39,930 bases of DNA from Candidatus Zixiibacteriota bacterium. Its GTDB lineage: Bacteria; Zixibacteria; MSB-5A5; UBA10806; 4484-95. Location of the stretch: assembly GCA_029932605.1 (NCBI GenBank), contig JAOZPT010000020.1, positions 1-39,930 of the forward strand. Reading direction: 5' to 3'. A program made the translations under genes and the position numbers. Positions 9,577-18,554 of the stretch are shown in pieces; position 1 is the first letter of the stretch, and each line of letters opens with the position of its first letter. Under the pieces are notes generated by a model that was not told the origin of the DNA, did no database searches, and saw only the letters and a program-made list of their open reading frames with translations.

Positions 9577-10590
9577 ATGGCTAAATTAAATTCACCATTT
9601 TTTTCAATAATATTGGCATTTAGAAACGAGAAAGCTTTTCTTGAGGATTGCCTTGATTCGTTTGATAGACAGACGCTTCCGAAAGAAATGTGGGAGATCA
9701 TTCTGGTAGATGGCTGTTCGGATGATGGTTCAAGAGAGATAGCGGATAATTATGTGAAGACACACCATAATGCCAAATTAGTTGACAATCCGGCTATGAT
9801 TGCTACGGCTGGATGGAACAGAGGTTTGCAGGTAGCTCTGGGTAAATACTTTTGCTTAGCGAGTGGTCATTCCATTACGGATAAACATTTTCTGTTAAAA
9901 GCCAAAGAAATATTAGAAAATAATGAGGATATCCATGCTTTAGGTGGTAGAGTTATAAAAATTGGGCTTAACAACATATCTAAAGGCATTGCTGCAGCAA
10001 CTAATACAACATTTGCAATGGGGGGATCATATTACAGAATCGGGAATAAACCACGCAAAGTGAATAGTATTGGTAATGGTATATATTTGAGAAAACTGGT
10101 TGATATGATAGGGTTATACGATGAAAGTTTGAAACGTTCCGGCGATTGGGAATTTAATTATAGGGTATGTGCCAATGGCTTCAATATGTATTTTGACCCT
10201 GAACTTCGCATTAAGGTTTTTACCAGAGCGGATTATAAATCTATATTTATACAGCAATTCAGAACGGGTTTCTGGAAAGTGAAAATCTGGGCTAAGCACC
10301 CGCGGTCTCTTCTCTTGAGACATGTAATTCCATCACTTTTTGTATTATGGTTGTTACTTATACTTTTTGTATTGTTTTTCAATAAGATCATTTTAACGGT
10401 TTGGTTATTGCCTTTGTTGTTGTATATATTTGCTTTAATGATTAATGCGATAAAAGCTTATAAAGAGGACGTTAGATGGTATTATGTAATGCTTACCTTT
10501 CCTGTTATACATATCGCCTATGGTTTGGGATTTATTGCAGGCCTATTTAGATGGTGGAAATGTTTTAAAATTTTTAAAGAGTCGGAATAA
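9577..10590 (+). CDS. Glycosyltransferase, GT2 family (ExoA-like) with C-terminal TM helices
   Basis: FSIILAFRNE, EIILVDGCSDDGS, GWNRGL, YDESLKRSGDWEFNYR, QQFRTGFWK and a hydrophobic C-terminus. Confidence 0.88.
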   Translation: MAKLNSPFFSIILAFRNEKAFLEDCLDSFDRQTLPKEMWEIILVDGCSDDGSREIADNYVKTHHNAKLVDNPAMIATAGWNRGLQVALGKYFCLASGHSITDKHFLLKAKEILENNEDIHALGGRVIKIGLNNISKGIAAATNTTFAMGGSYYRIGNKPRKVNSIGNGIYLRKLVDMIGLYDESLKRSGDWEFNYRVCANGFNMYFDPELRIKVFTRADYKSIFIQQFRTGFWKVKIWAKHPRSLLLRHVIPSLFVLWLLLILFVLFFNKIILTVWLLPLLLYIFALMINAIKAYKEDVRWYYVMLTFPVIHIAYGLGFIAGLFRWWKCFKIFKESE

Positions 10591-10600
10591 ATGTGAATAT

Positions 10601-11458
10601 ATGGTTTTTCCCAACGAAAATGAAATAACCAACGCTTTCAGTGTCGATTTTGAGGATTGGTTCCAATGCCTTGAGGTAATACCGATTTCTAGATGGGACA
10701 ATTATGAATATCGCATTGAAAAAAACGCTCATAGGATGTTGGACCTTCTTGATGAATATAACGTTAGAGCAACATTTTTTATCCTTGGTTATGTAGCTGA
10801 GAAGTTTCCTTATTTAATAAAAGAGATAGACAGGCGTGGTCATGTTCTTGGTACCCATGGATATTCTCATAAACAAGTGTATAAACAAAAACCGAAGGAA
10901 TTTGCGGAGGAGCTAAAGAGGTCCATCGATATAGTCTCGGAATTGACCGGTCAAAGGATTTATGGGTTCAGGGCACCTATTTTCTCAATTGTATCTAAGT
11001 CGTTGTGGGCTTTGGATATTCTTTTGGAACAGGGTTTGATTTACGATTCCAGTATTTACCCGGTATTAAACTATCGTTATGGCATTGTTTCAAGCAAAAG
11101 ATTTATTCATAGGCTTACCACCGTTTCCGGGAATACAATTTTTGAAATACCCATTGCTACCGCCCGCTATTTTAATTTAAACGTTCCGGTCGGTGGGGGA
11201 GCATATTTGAGAATAATTCCATATCTTGTTACGAGAGCGGGGCTAAAGAAAATAAACCATAAGGGGCAACCGATTGTGTTTTATGTTCATCCCTGGGAAA
11301 TCGATCCAGATCATCCCAGAATAGACCTGCCATTCAGGATATCCTCGACTCATTATTTCAACCTGAAATCTACTATAAAGAGACTGAGGAAGCTATTCAG
11401 TGATTTTAAATTTGCCCCTATAGAAAAGGTGTTTTCGAAACAACTTGGTTTACAATGA
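10601..11458 (+). CDS. Polysaccharide deacetylase (CE4/NodB-like, DUF3473/XrtA-associated type)
   Basis: SVDFEDWFQ, ATFFILG, THGYSH, GFRAP, YDSS, GGGAYLR and FYVHPWEID. ATG 10601 is preferred over 10520, which would overlap the GT2 gene by 71 nt. Confidence 0.88.
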   Translation: MVFPNENEITNAFSVDFEDWFQCLEVIPISRWDNYEYRIEKNAHRMLDLLDEYNVRATFFILGYVAEKFPYLIKEIDRRGHVLGTHGYSHKQVYKQKPKEFAEELKRSIDIVSELTGQRIYGFRAPIFSIVSKSLWALDILLEQGLIYDSSIYPVLNYRYGIVSSKRFIHRLTTVSGNTIFEIPIATARYFNLNVPVGGGAYLRIIPYLVTRAGLKKINHKGQPIVFYVHPWEIDPDHPRIDLPFRISSTHYFNLKSTIKRLRKLFSDFKFAPIEKVFSKQLGLQ

Positions 11459-12228
11459 GAATATTTTTTCTGACCACCAATGACAGGATTTTTCTTCCCG
11501 GTTTTTTCGAGAAGGTTTTTTCGGGAATAGATTACCAGATTACTGGTCTGGCTGTTGTTGATGACCCTCATTTTAAAAGGTTTTTAAAAAATAGCCTTTC
11601 ATTTATGGGGTTCTGGTTATTTATGGATGAGATTATAAATCAACTTAAAATTAGGTTAAAAGATTTCTTTTTTTCTATATTTACCCCTGTTAAGAAGAGC
11701 TCCATTAAGTCATTATGTAAAAGATATAAGGTTCCCTATATGAGCGTCAAGAATGTGAACTCGAATGACTTTAGAGAGTTTCTTAAAGAAAGGGATATAG
11801 ACGTTTTGATTTCAGTGGCCTGTCCGCAAATATTGAAAAGGAAGATTTTACGAATTCCTCGTAAGGGATGTATAAATGTTCATTACGGCCTTTTACCCAA
11901 CTACCGAGGCCAGTATCCATCGTTTTGGGTTCTTGCCCATGGCCAGAGGGAAACAGGGGTTTCAGTGCACTATATGGTTGAAAAGGTTGATGCTGGGGAT
12001 ATTCTTGTTCAGATTAAAGAGAAAATTTTACCCGAGGACACTTTTTATTCGCTTGTCGGAAGGCTGAAGACAACTATAGGACCTCAGGCGTTAATTATGG
12101 CGCTGGAGAAGATTAACAGAAGCGAGAATTCGGTGATTAAAAACGATCCTGGGAAAGGCTCATATTTTTCATTTCCTACAAGGAATGATATGGCCCAATT
12201 CAGAAGCAGGGGGCGCAAATGGCGATAA
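11455..12228 (+). CDS. Formyltransferase (N10-formyl-THF dependent, Formyl_trans_N domain only)
   Basis: INVHYGLLPNYRGQYP, ETGVSVH and VDAGDIL. It lacks the Fmt C-terminal tRNA-binding domain and lies in a sugar cluster. Confidence 0.85.
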   Translation: MRIFFLTTNDRIFLPGFFEKVFSGIDYQITGLAVVDDPHFKRFLKNSLSFMGFWLFMDEIINQLKIRLKDFFFSIFTPVKKSSIKSLCKRYKVPYMSVKNVNSNDFREFLKERDIDVLISVACPQILKRKILRIPRKGCINVHYGLLPNYRGQYPSFWVLAHGQRETGVSVHYMVEKVDAGDILVQIKEKILPEDTFYSLVGRLKTTIGPQALIMALEKINRSENSVIKNDPGKGSYFSFPTRNDMAQFRSRGRKWR

Positions 12229-12758
12229 AACAAAACAAAGCAGTTTTTTTAGACCGTGATGGTGTAATTATCACCGAGAAAGATTTCATCGTTGATATCG
12301 ATCTTTTAGAATATATCCCGCGATCGGTGGAGGCTTTAAAACTGATACCATCTTGTTACCTCAAGATTATAATCTCAAACCAGTCGGGAATTGGCCGGGG
12401 TTATTTCAACGCTGCCCAGGTCGAGGCTTTTAATGAGGCTTTGATAGCCGATTTAAAAAAAAGAGGTGTTTCTATCGATGGAATTTATTATTGTCCCCAC
12501 AAGAAAGAGGATAATTGTAATTGTCGCAAACCAAAAACCGGACTTTTTGAGATAGCCAGGAATAGATTTGGTTTGGATTTTAATAAGTGCTGGGTAGTGG
12601 GAGATAAAAGTTCGGATATCCAAGCGGGTATCAATATTGGGGCAAAAACAGTACTGGTTATGACCGGGTATGCAGGTAAAGAGCCAAGCGCTGAAAACAT
12701 TGTAGCAGATTTTACAGTAAAAGACCTTTATGAAGCAGTGGAGATAATAAAATCATGA
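12219..12758 (+). CDS. gmhB: D-glycero-D-manno-heptose-1,7-bisphosphate phosphatase (HAD-IIIA)
   Basis: FLDRDGVI, ISNQSGIGRG, YYCPH...CNCRKP (Zn site) and VVGDKSSD. Confidence 0.85.
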   Translation: MAIKQNKAVFLDRDGVIITEKDFIVDIDLLEYIPRSVEALKLIPSCYLKIIISNQSGIGRGYFNAAQVEAFNEALIADLKKRGVSIDGIYYCPHKKEDNCNCRKPKTGLFEIARNRFGLDFNKCWVVGDKSSDIQAGINIGAKTVLVMTGYAGKEPSAENIVADFTVKDLYEAVEIIKS

Positions 12759-13732
12759 CACCAAAAAAGAAAAAAACTGCTCTGGTAACAGGTGGAGCAG
12801 GATTTATTGGATCGTTTTTAGCTGAGGAGCTATTGTCCAGGGGATATAGAGTGTATGCTATAGACAACCTTTCGACCGGCAGCCTTGATAATATAGAACA
12901 TATAAGAGATAATCCTAATTTCATTTTTGAAGTGGGTACGATTCTGGATGAAACCCTGATGGAACAACTGATATCGGCGTGCGATATTGTATACCATTTG
13001 GCCGCTGCTGTTGGTGTAAGACTGATTATAGAGAAACCTGTTGATACAATCGAGACCAATGTTTTGGGCACTGAAACGATTTTAAAGCTTGCAAATAAAT
13101 ACGATAAGAAAGTGCTGATAACATCGACCTCTGAGGTTTATGGTAAAAACGAAAAAATTCCATTTAAGGAGACTAACGATTCGGTTTATGGACCGACTGT
13201 TAAAAGCAGATGGAGCTATGCCTGTTCCAAAGCCATAGATGAATTTTTAGCATTAGCATATTATCGTGAGAAAAAATTACAGGTAGTAATAGTCAGGCTT
13301 TTTAATACCATTGGTCCAAGGCAGACTGGCCAGTATGGGATGGTTGTTCCTACCTTTATAAAGCAAGCATTATTAGGACATGACATTACAGTTTTTGGTG
13401 ATGGCAAGCAAACCCGGAGTTTTACTGATGTCAGGGATGTCACCAGGGCTTTGGCGGATTTGATCAATTTTCCCAAGGTCTTTGGTGAGGTATTTAATAT
13501 CGGTAGTAACACCGAAATTAGTATTTATCGTCTGGCTGAAATGGTGAAAAAAATGACGCGAAGTTCGTCAAAAATTGTTTATGTTCCTTACGATAAGGCG
13601 TTTGAGAAAGGTTTTGAGGATATGCGTAAAAGGGTGCCGGATATTTCCAAGATAAAAGGATTCGTTGGCTTTCAGCCAAAGATAAAACTTGAAAAGTCCT
13701 TAAGCGATATAATAAATTATCACAAAAAGTAA
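12755..13732 (+). CDS. NAD-dependent nucleotide-sugar epimerase/dehydratase/decarboxylase (extended SDR, UXS-like)
   Basis: TGGAGFIGS, HLAAAVG, TSTSEVYG, YACSK (YxxxK), RLFNTIGPRQ and GDGKQTRSF. Confidence 0.9.
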   Translation: MTPKKKKTALVTGGAGFIGSFLAEELLSRGYRVYAIDNLSTGSLDNIEHIRDNPNFIFEVGTILDETLMEQLISACDIVYHLAAAVGVRLIIEKPVDTIETNVLGTETILKLANKYDKKVLITSTSEVYGKNEKIPFKETNDSVYGPTVKSRWSYACSKAIDEFLALAYYREKKLQVVIVRLFNTIGPRQTGQYGMVVPTFIKQALLGHDITVFGDGKQTRSFTDVRDVTRALADLINFPKVFGEVFNIGSNTEISIYRLAEMVKKMTRSSSKIVYVPYDKAFEKGFEDMRKRVPDISKIKGFVGFQPKIKLEKSLSDIINYHKK

Positions 13733-16044
13733 TGGAATTATTTTCGATTTTTTTGCTCTCGTTACTGATTTCGCTTTTTTTACATCCACTTGCGATAAAA
13801 GTATCACACGACATTAGTTTTGTTGATAATCCATATCGTGACCAGATCCATGAAGAGCCGACACCGATTTTAGGTGGAATAGCCATATGTCTATCGATTT
13901 TGATATCGGTTATTTTTGCCAATATGTCCGGCTTATTCCAATGGAGCAGGCTTGCTAATGGATTACTTGTAGGCAGTGGTTTGATAGCCTTGGTTGGTTT
14001 TATCGATGATCGGTTTGGCATGAACCCGGTTATCAAGTTAATAGGTCAGTTTATCTCTGCTGGAATTTTTATGATGTTCGCTGATACATACTTAGGTATT
14101 TTCTATCCTCCTGTGGAATTCCTCTTGTTGATTTTTGGATTGGTTGTAATGATGAATGCTTTTAACATACTTGACAACATGGATGGTGTTGTTGGCAGTA
14201 TGAGTTATGCCATAGGGATCGCCTTTCTGGTGATAATGATTCTTTCAGGAGATAATGACATGGCTGTTTTAACGATGGCCATAATAGGTTCTGTTATCGG
14301 TTTCTTAAGATACAACCTTCCTCGAGCCAAGATCTTTATGGGCGACTTGGGAGCTATGTTTCTTGGATTTATTTTCGGTGCTTTAACCATAATATATATG
14401 TCCCATAATAAATCATATTACCTTATGACAACGCCATTTTTGATTTTAAGCTATCCGATATTTGACATAGCACTGGTCAGTCTTTCTCGGTTACGTGAGA
14501 AGCGAAGCCTTACGGTAGCGGCTCCTGATAGTTCACCCTATCGTCTGGTGCGCTGGATTTTCACCACGAAAAACGCTTTTTGGGCGGTGTTATTTATAAA
14601 TCTGGTGATGGGGATATTTGGGGTGGTTACATTCATTCTTAAAGATAAGCCGATCTCGGTGCTTTTAATTTTTATCTCCGGTCTCTCATTGTCGGTGTTG
14701 TGTGTGCATCTTTACCGGAATTTTCTATACTTTTTTGAGAGAACGATATTTTTCATAGTTGATATCGTTTCGGTAAACCTGTCGTTTTTCTTTTTGTATA
14801 CGATTAAATATACTTGGGGTATTTTACCCTACGATGTTTACATCCCATATTCAGAGATGTTTGCTCCAGCCGTCTGGACAAGTATTTTCTGGGTACTGTT
14901 GTTTTCGGTGATGGGGATTTATGAAATCCGACCTGACAGACGTTTTTCTGCTTATATTATAGCCTTAATAAAGATCATAGCTTTGGGAGTTGTCGGTTTT
15001 TTATTGATGAATGTCTCTCTTGAGGGTTGTATTGCTATTTCCGCATTGCCTTTAGCGTTTTATGTCTCAACTTTACTAGTGTTTAATTGCATATCAAAAT
15101 ATATAGCCTTTGTCTTTATTCGCTGGTTGTCATCCAAACCCTACAAGATGCCCAAGACCGCAATTTTTGTAAAGGATGTTAATGCCCAGCTCGTTGATGT
15201 CCTGAAATCAGCGGAAAGAAAACTCAACGTTGTTGGCTATGTCAGTTCCCAGAAACTTAAAACAGAACCTAAGAATTTACAGTATCTGGGAAAGATCGAA
15301 TCACTCAACGAGATTATTCGACGTCGGCGGCTGGAGGAGATAATACTTGTTTGGTCAGAGGATGACTATAATGATTATACGTCTCTTTTTACTTCTTTGC
15401 CATTTCTGGAGAATCAGGTGCTGCTTCCGGGGGAACCATTTAAGCCGTTCAGAGGCTTCAAAGTTGATAAATTATATAACTTTGATTTTAGAAGGCTCTC
15501 GTTTGAACTTATGCGAACCTGGGAATGGATGGTAAAAAGGGGGTTGGATATTTCAATTTCAGTCATGGCTTTATTGGTTTTAAGTCCGGTGTTCGTTTAT
15601 AAATATCTTCAGGCGAAGATAAGAAAGCATCCATTTATAACGAAGATAAGTTTTTATGGCAGGGATGGTCGAACCGAATATTGTTACGATTTTTACGAAC
15701 ATGTTAAAAAATATAACGGTGGAGATTGTTTGATTTTGGGTCTGCCCTCGTTGGTCTCGGTCATAAACGGTAACTTAAGTCTGATAGGGACATTACCTTT
15801 GGTTCCTGAGAAAGCTTTAAAATGTGAAAAAGAAATACCCGGATTCTGGCGCAGGAAATTGATAAAACCCGGTCTTTTTGGACCAGCTCATTTTGCAAAG
15901 CAAGGAGATTCATTTGAAAAAGAATTGAAATATATGGAAAAAATGTCGATTTTAAATGATATTTCCTGGATGTTCGTTGGTATAATATATTTTTCGATGA
16001 ATTTACTAAGGACGAAAGATAATGTTGGACCTAAAATATATTAG
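13732..16044 (+). CDS. Fusion of a WecA/MraY-type polytopic phosphoglycosyl transferase and a degenerate WcaJ/WbaP-like sugar transferase
   Basis: Residues 1 to ~330 carry PTPILGGIAI, GFIDD, NAFNILDNMDG and IFMGDLG. The C-terminal part has a ~4-TM block, a CoA_binding_3-like segment (NVVGYV, YLGKIESLNEII...EEIIL) and a Bac_transf-like core (KRGLD, GLPSL, GNLSLIGTLP, KPGLFG). Confidence 0.8.
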   Translation: MELFSIFLLSLLISLFLHPLAIKVSHDISFVDNPYRDQIHEEPTPILGGIAICLSILISVIFANMSGLFQWSRLANGLLVGSGLIALVGFIDDRFGMNPVIKLIGQFISAGIFMMFADTYLGIFYPPVEFLLLIFGLVVMMNAFNILDNMDGVVGSMSYAIGIAFLVIMILSGDNDMAVLTMAIIGSVIGFLRYNLPRAKIFMGDLGAMFLGFIFGALTIIYMSHNKSYYLMTTPFLILSYPIFDIALVSLSRLREKRSLTVAAPDSSPYRLVRWIFTTKNAFWAVLFINLVMGIFGVVTFILKDKPISVLLIFISGLSLSVLCVHLYRNFLYFFERTIFFIVDIVSVNLSFFFLYTIKYTWGILPYDVYIPYSEMFAPAVWTSIFWVLLFSVMGIYEIRPDRRFSAYIIALIKIIALGVVGFLLMNVSLEGCIAISALPLAFYVSTLLVFNCISKYIAFVFIRWLSSKPYKMPKTAIFVKDVNAQLVDVLKSAERKLNVVGYVSSQKLKTEPKNLQYLGKIESLNEIIRRRRLEEIILVWSEDDYNDYTSLFTSLPFLENQVLLPGEPFKPFRGFKVDKLYNFDFRRLSFELMRTWEWMVKRGLDISISVMALLVLSPVFVYKYLQAKIRKHPFITKISFYGRDGRTEYCYDFYEHVKKYNGGDCLILGLPSLVSVINGNLSLIGTLPLVPEKALKCEKEIPGFWRRKLIKPGLFGPAHFAKQGDSFEKELKYMEKMSILNDISWMFVGIIYFSMNLLRTKDNVGPKIY

Positions 16045-17299
16045 AGAAAATCCTCAAGTCGTGAAGGATGCTGTCAGAGCTAAAGGTGAGGACTGTGATA
16101 TTGATGCCATTTTAAAAATTGACAAAAAACGGCGTGAATTAATATCCGAGAAAGAGTCCCTTGAAGCAAAGAAAAATCGTGTGTCAAAGAAAATTTCCAT
16201 CGCCAAAAAACAGGGACAGGATGTTTCCAGTTTAATTGCTGACATGCGTTTGGTTAGTGAGAAGATAGCCGTTCTTACCAGTTCGTTGCGGGATACAGAG
16301 CAGAAGCTAAATGATGAACTGTTGACCGTGCCTAACTTGCCTCAATCTGATGTGCCGGTTGGTGTGGATGAAACGGCAAATAAGATAGTCAGATACCATG
16401 GCGATAGACGGGATTTTGATTTTAAGCCACGGCCACACTGGGAGATAGGTGAAATTATTGGAGCGCTGGATATCCCTCGTGGTGTCAAGATCTCAGGTTC
16501 GGGATTTTATACGTTGACCGGACCGGGAGCAATGCTTGAAAGAGCTTTGATAAATTTCATGTTGGAAATGCATACCGTTGAGCATGGTTACAAGGAGGTT
16601 ATGGTTCCGTATCTGGCAGGCAAAAAGGCCATGATAAGCACCGGTCAGATTCCGAAACTGGCTGAGGATATGTATGATTTACCGGATGATGGTCTTTATT
16701 TAATACCTACTGCGGAAGTACCTGTAACTAATCTTCATGCTGGTGAAATATTGAGCTTGGAACAGTTACCCAAATATTATTGTGCTTTTTCGCCATGCTT
16801 TCGGCGCGAGGCCGGTTCCTATGGGAAAGAGGTTAGAGGAATTACCAGGGTGCATCAATTCCATAAAGTTGAGATGGTTAAGATAGTAGAACCGGAGACA
16901 TCAAATGAGGAGCTTGAAAAGTTACTTGCCGATGCTGAGGATATACTGCGGAAGCTTGATTTGCCTTACAGGGTAGTTCTTCTTTCGACAGCTGATTTGT
17001 CGTTTGCGGCTGCCAAATGTTATGATCTTGAGGTTTATGCTCCTGGTATGGATAGCTGGTTGGAGGTTTCCTCCTGCTCTAATTATGGATCATTTCAGAC
17101 ACGTCGGATGAACCTTCGTTACCGTCCCCAAAAAGGCGCCAAACCAGTATATCTTCATACCCTTAATGGTTCGGGGTTGGCTTTGCCCAGGACAGTTATT
17201 GGAATACTTGAAAATTATCAACAGGCTGATGGATCTGTTACTTTGCCCGATGTATTGAAACCTTATATGAGGGGAACAGAGAAGATAGAGCCGATATAA
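16022..17299 (+). CDS. serS: Serine--tRNA ligase
   Basis: MLDLKYIRENP N-terminus with coiled coil, LIPTAEVP, CFRREAG, RVHQFHKVE, EVSSCSN and HTLNGSGLA. Confidence 0.98.
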   Translation: MLDLKYIRENPQVVKDAVRAKGEDCDIDAILKIDKKRRELISEKESLEAKKNRVSKKISIAKKQGQDVSSLIADMRLVSEKIAVLTSSLRDTEQKLNDELLTVPNLPQSDVPVGVDETANKIVRYHGDRRDFDFKPRPHWEIGEIIGALDIPRGVKISGSGFYTLTGPGAMLERALINFMLEMHTVEHGYKEVMVPYLAGKKAMISTGQIPKLAEDMYDLPDDGLYLIPTAEVPVTNLHAGEILSLEQLPKYYCAFSPCFRREAGSYGKEVRGITRVHQFHKVEMVKIVEPETSNEELEKLLADAEDILRKLDLPYRVVLLSTADLSFAAAKCYDLEVYAPGMDSWLEVSSCSNYGSFQTRRMNLRYRPQKGAKPVYLHTLNGSGLALPRTVIGILENYQQADGSVTLPDVLKPYMRGTEKIEPI

Positions 17300-17328
17300 T
17301 TAATATGTAATGTTCTGGTGATTTTATA

Positions 17329-18552
17329 TTGTTTAAAAGAAATTACTTAAATTACAACAGGTTATTAACCACCGTGCTGGCATTTGGGATGGTTGCGGTT
17401 GTATTTCTGTTTGTTTATTATAATCAAACCATCATCTCGGGATTGAAAACAGATGCGGTTCGTGTCAGCCGTGCTTACGCCAGACTCTGGCAATATGCTG
17501 CCAGCGAGGCTACCAGTGGCGTTGAGATAAATTACATTTTTGAGGAAATTATTAAAAAAGCTAATTTCCCCATCATCGTAACATCACCAGAAGGCGTGCC
17601 CATGTATTGGACTGTGGATATTCCTCGGAATGATACATCGGTAGAAGCTAGGAGGAAGCTGGCAAATTACATAAAGAAGATGGATGCGGATTATCAGGCG
17701 GTTCCAATATATTTTGGTCCTCAAAAGACCATTATTCATTATCTCCACTATGGCGATTCCAAACTGGTAAGGCAATTGCGGTATATGCCGTTTATCGAGG
17801 TTCTTGTGGTGAGTTTATTCATGATAGTGGGATTTATCGGGTTCAGGAACATCAAACGCTCCGAGCAACGTTCTATATGGGTTGGCATGGCAAAAGAAAC
17901 CGCTCACCAGTTAGGCACACCTCTGTCCTCACTGATGGGCTGGGTTGAACTGCTTAAACTCAAGTTAAAAAAAAGCGATTTTGATTTGCCAGGTGAAAAC
18001 ACGAAAGTGGATTTTGGTGATATCATGGAGCGAATGCAATCGGATTTAAGACGGCTTGACCGTGTTGCCACCAGATTTGGCCAGATTGGTTCAATTCCCG
18101 AGTTGGAACAAGAAAATGTCAACAGGCCTATTGCGGATGTGGTTTCCTATTTCAGATTGCGACTTCCCGGTGAAGGAAAAGGTGTGGAAATTATCGAACA
18201 ATACGGTGTTATTCCGGATATAAATATTAATAAGGAACTAATTTCTTGGGTGATAGAGAACCTCATAAAAAATTCTCTGGAGGCCGTTGATCCGAGAAAC
18301 GGTAAGATAGTTATAAAAACTAAATGTAAAGATAATAAAGTGATTATAAGCGTAAGTGACAATGGAAGGGGTATATCTTCATCAGACCAGCGGGTGATTT
18401 TTGCTCCCGGGTTTACTACACGAAGAAGGGGTTGGGGGTTGGGATTAACTTTGGCCCGACGGATTATCGAGGAGTATCATAAGGGTAGAATCTGGCTTAA
18501 AAAGAGCGAGCCAAACGTGGTAACGGAATTTATAATAGAATTGCCGGTGTAA
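17329..18552 (+). CDS. Membrane sensor histidine kinase (PorY-like by inference)
   Basis: Two TM segments around a periplasmic domain. H-box WVGMAKETAHQLGTPLSSL, N-box ENLIKNS, G1 DNGRG, F-box IFAPGFTT, G2 GWGLGL. TTG 17329 is the first in-frame start. Confidence 0.92.
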   Translation: MFKRNYLNYNRLLTTVLAFGMVAVVFLFVYYNQTIISGLKTDAVRVSRAYARLWQYAASEATSGVEINYIFEEIIKKANFPIIVTSPEGVPMYWTVDIPRNDTSVEARRKLANYIKKMDADYQAVPIYFGPQKTIIHYLHYGDSKLVRQLRYMPFIEVLVVSLFMIVGFIGFRNIKRSEQRSIWVGMAKETAHQLGTPLSSLMGWVELLKLKLKKSDFDLPGENTKVDFGDIMERMQSDLRRLDRVATRFGQIGSIPELEQENVNRPIADVVSYFRLRLPGEGKGVEIIEQYGVIPDININKELISWVIENLIKNSLEAVDPRNGKIVIKTKCKDNKVIISVSDNGRGISSSDQRVIFAPGFTTRRRGWGLGLTLARRIIEEYHKGRIWLKKSEPNVVTEFIIELPV

Positions 18553-18554
18553 AT

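Noticed and set aside
11455..12228. Calling this gene fmt or purN
   Set aside because: It lacks the Fmt C-terminal domain and the PurN N-terminal SGxGSN motif. The context is sugar modification.
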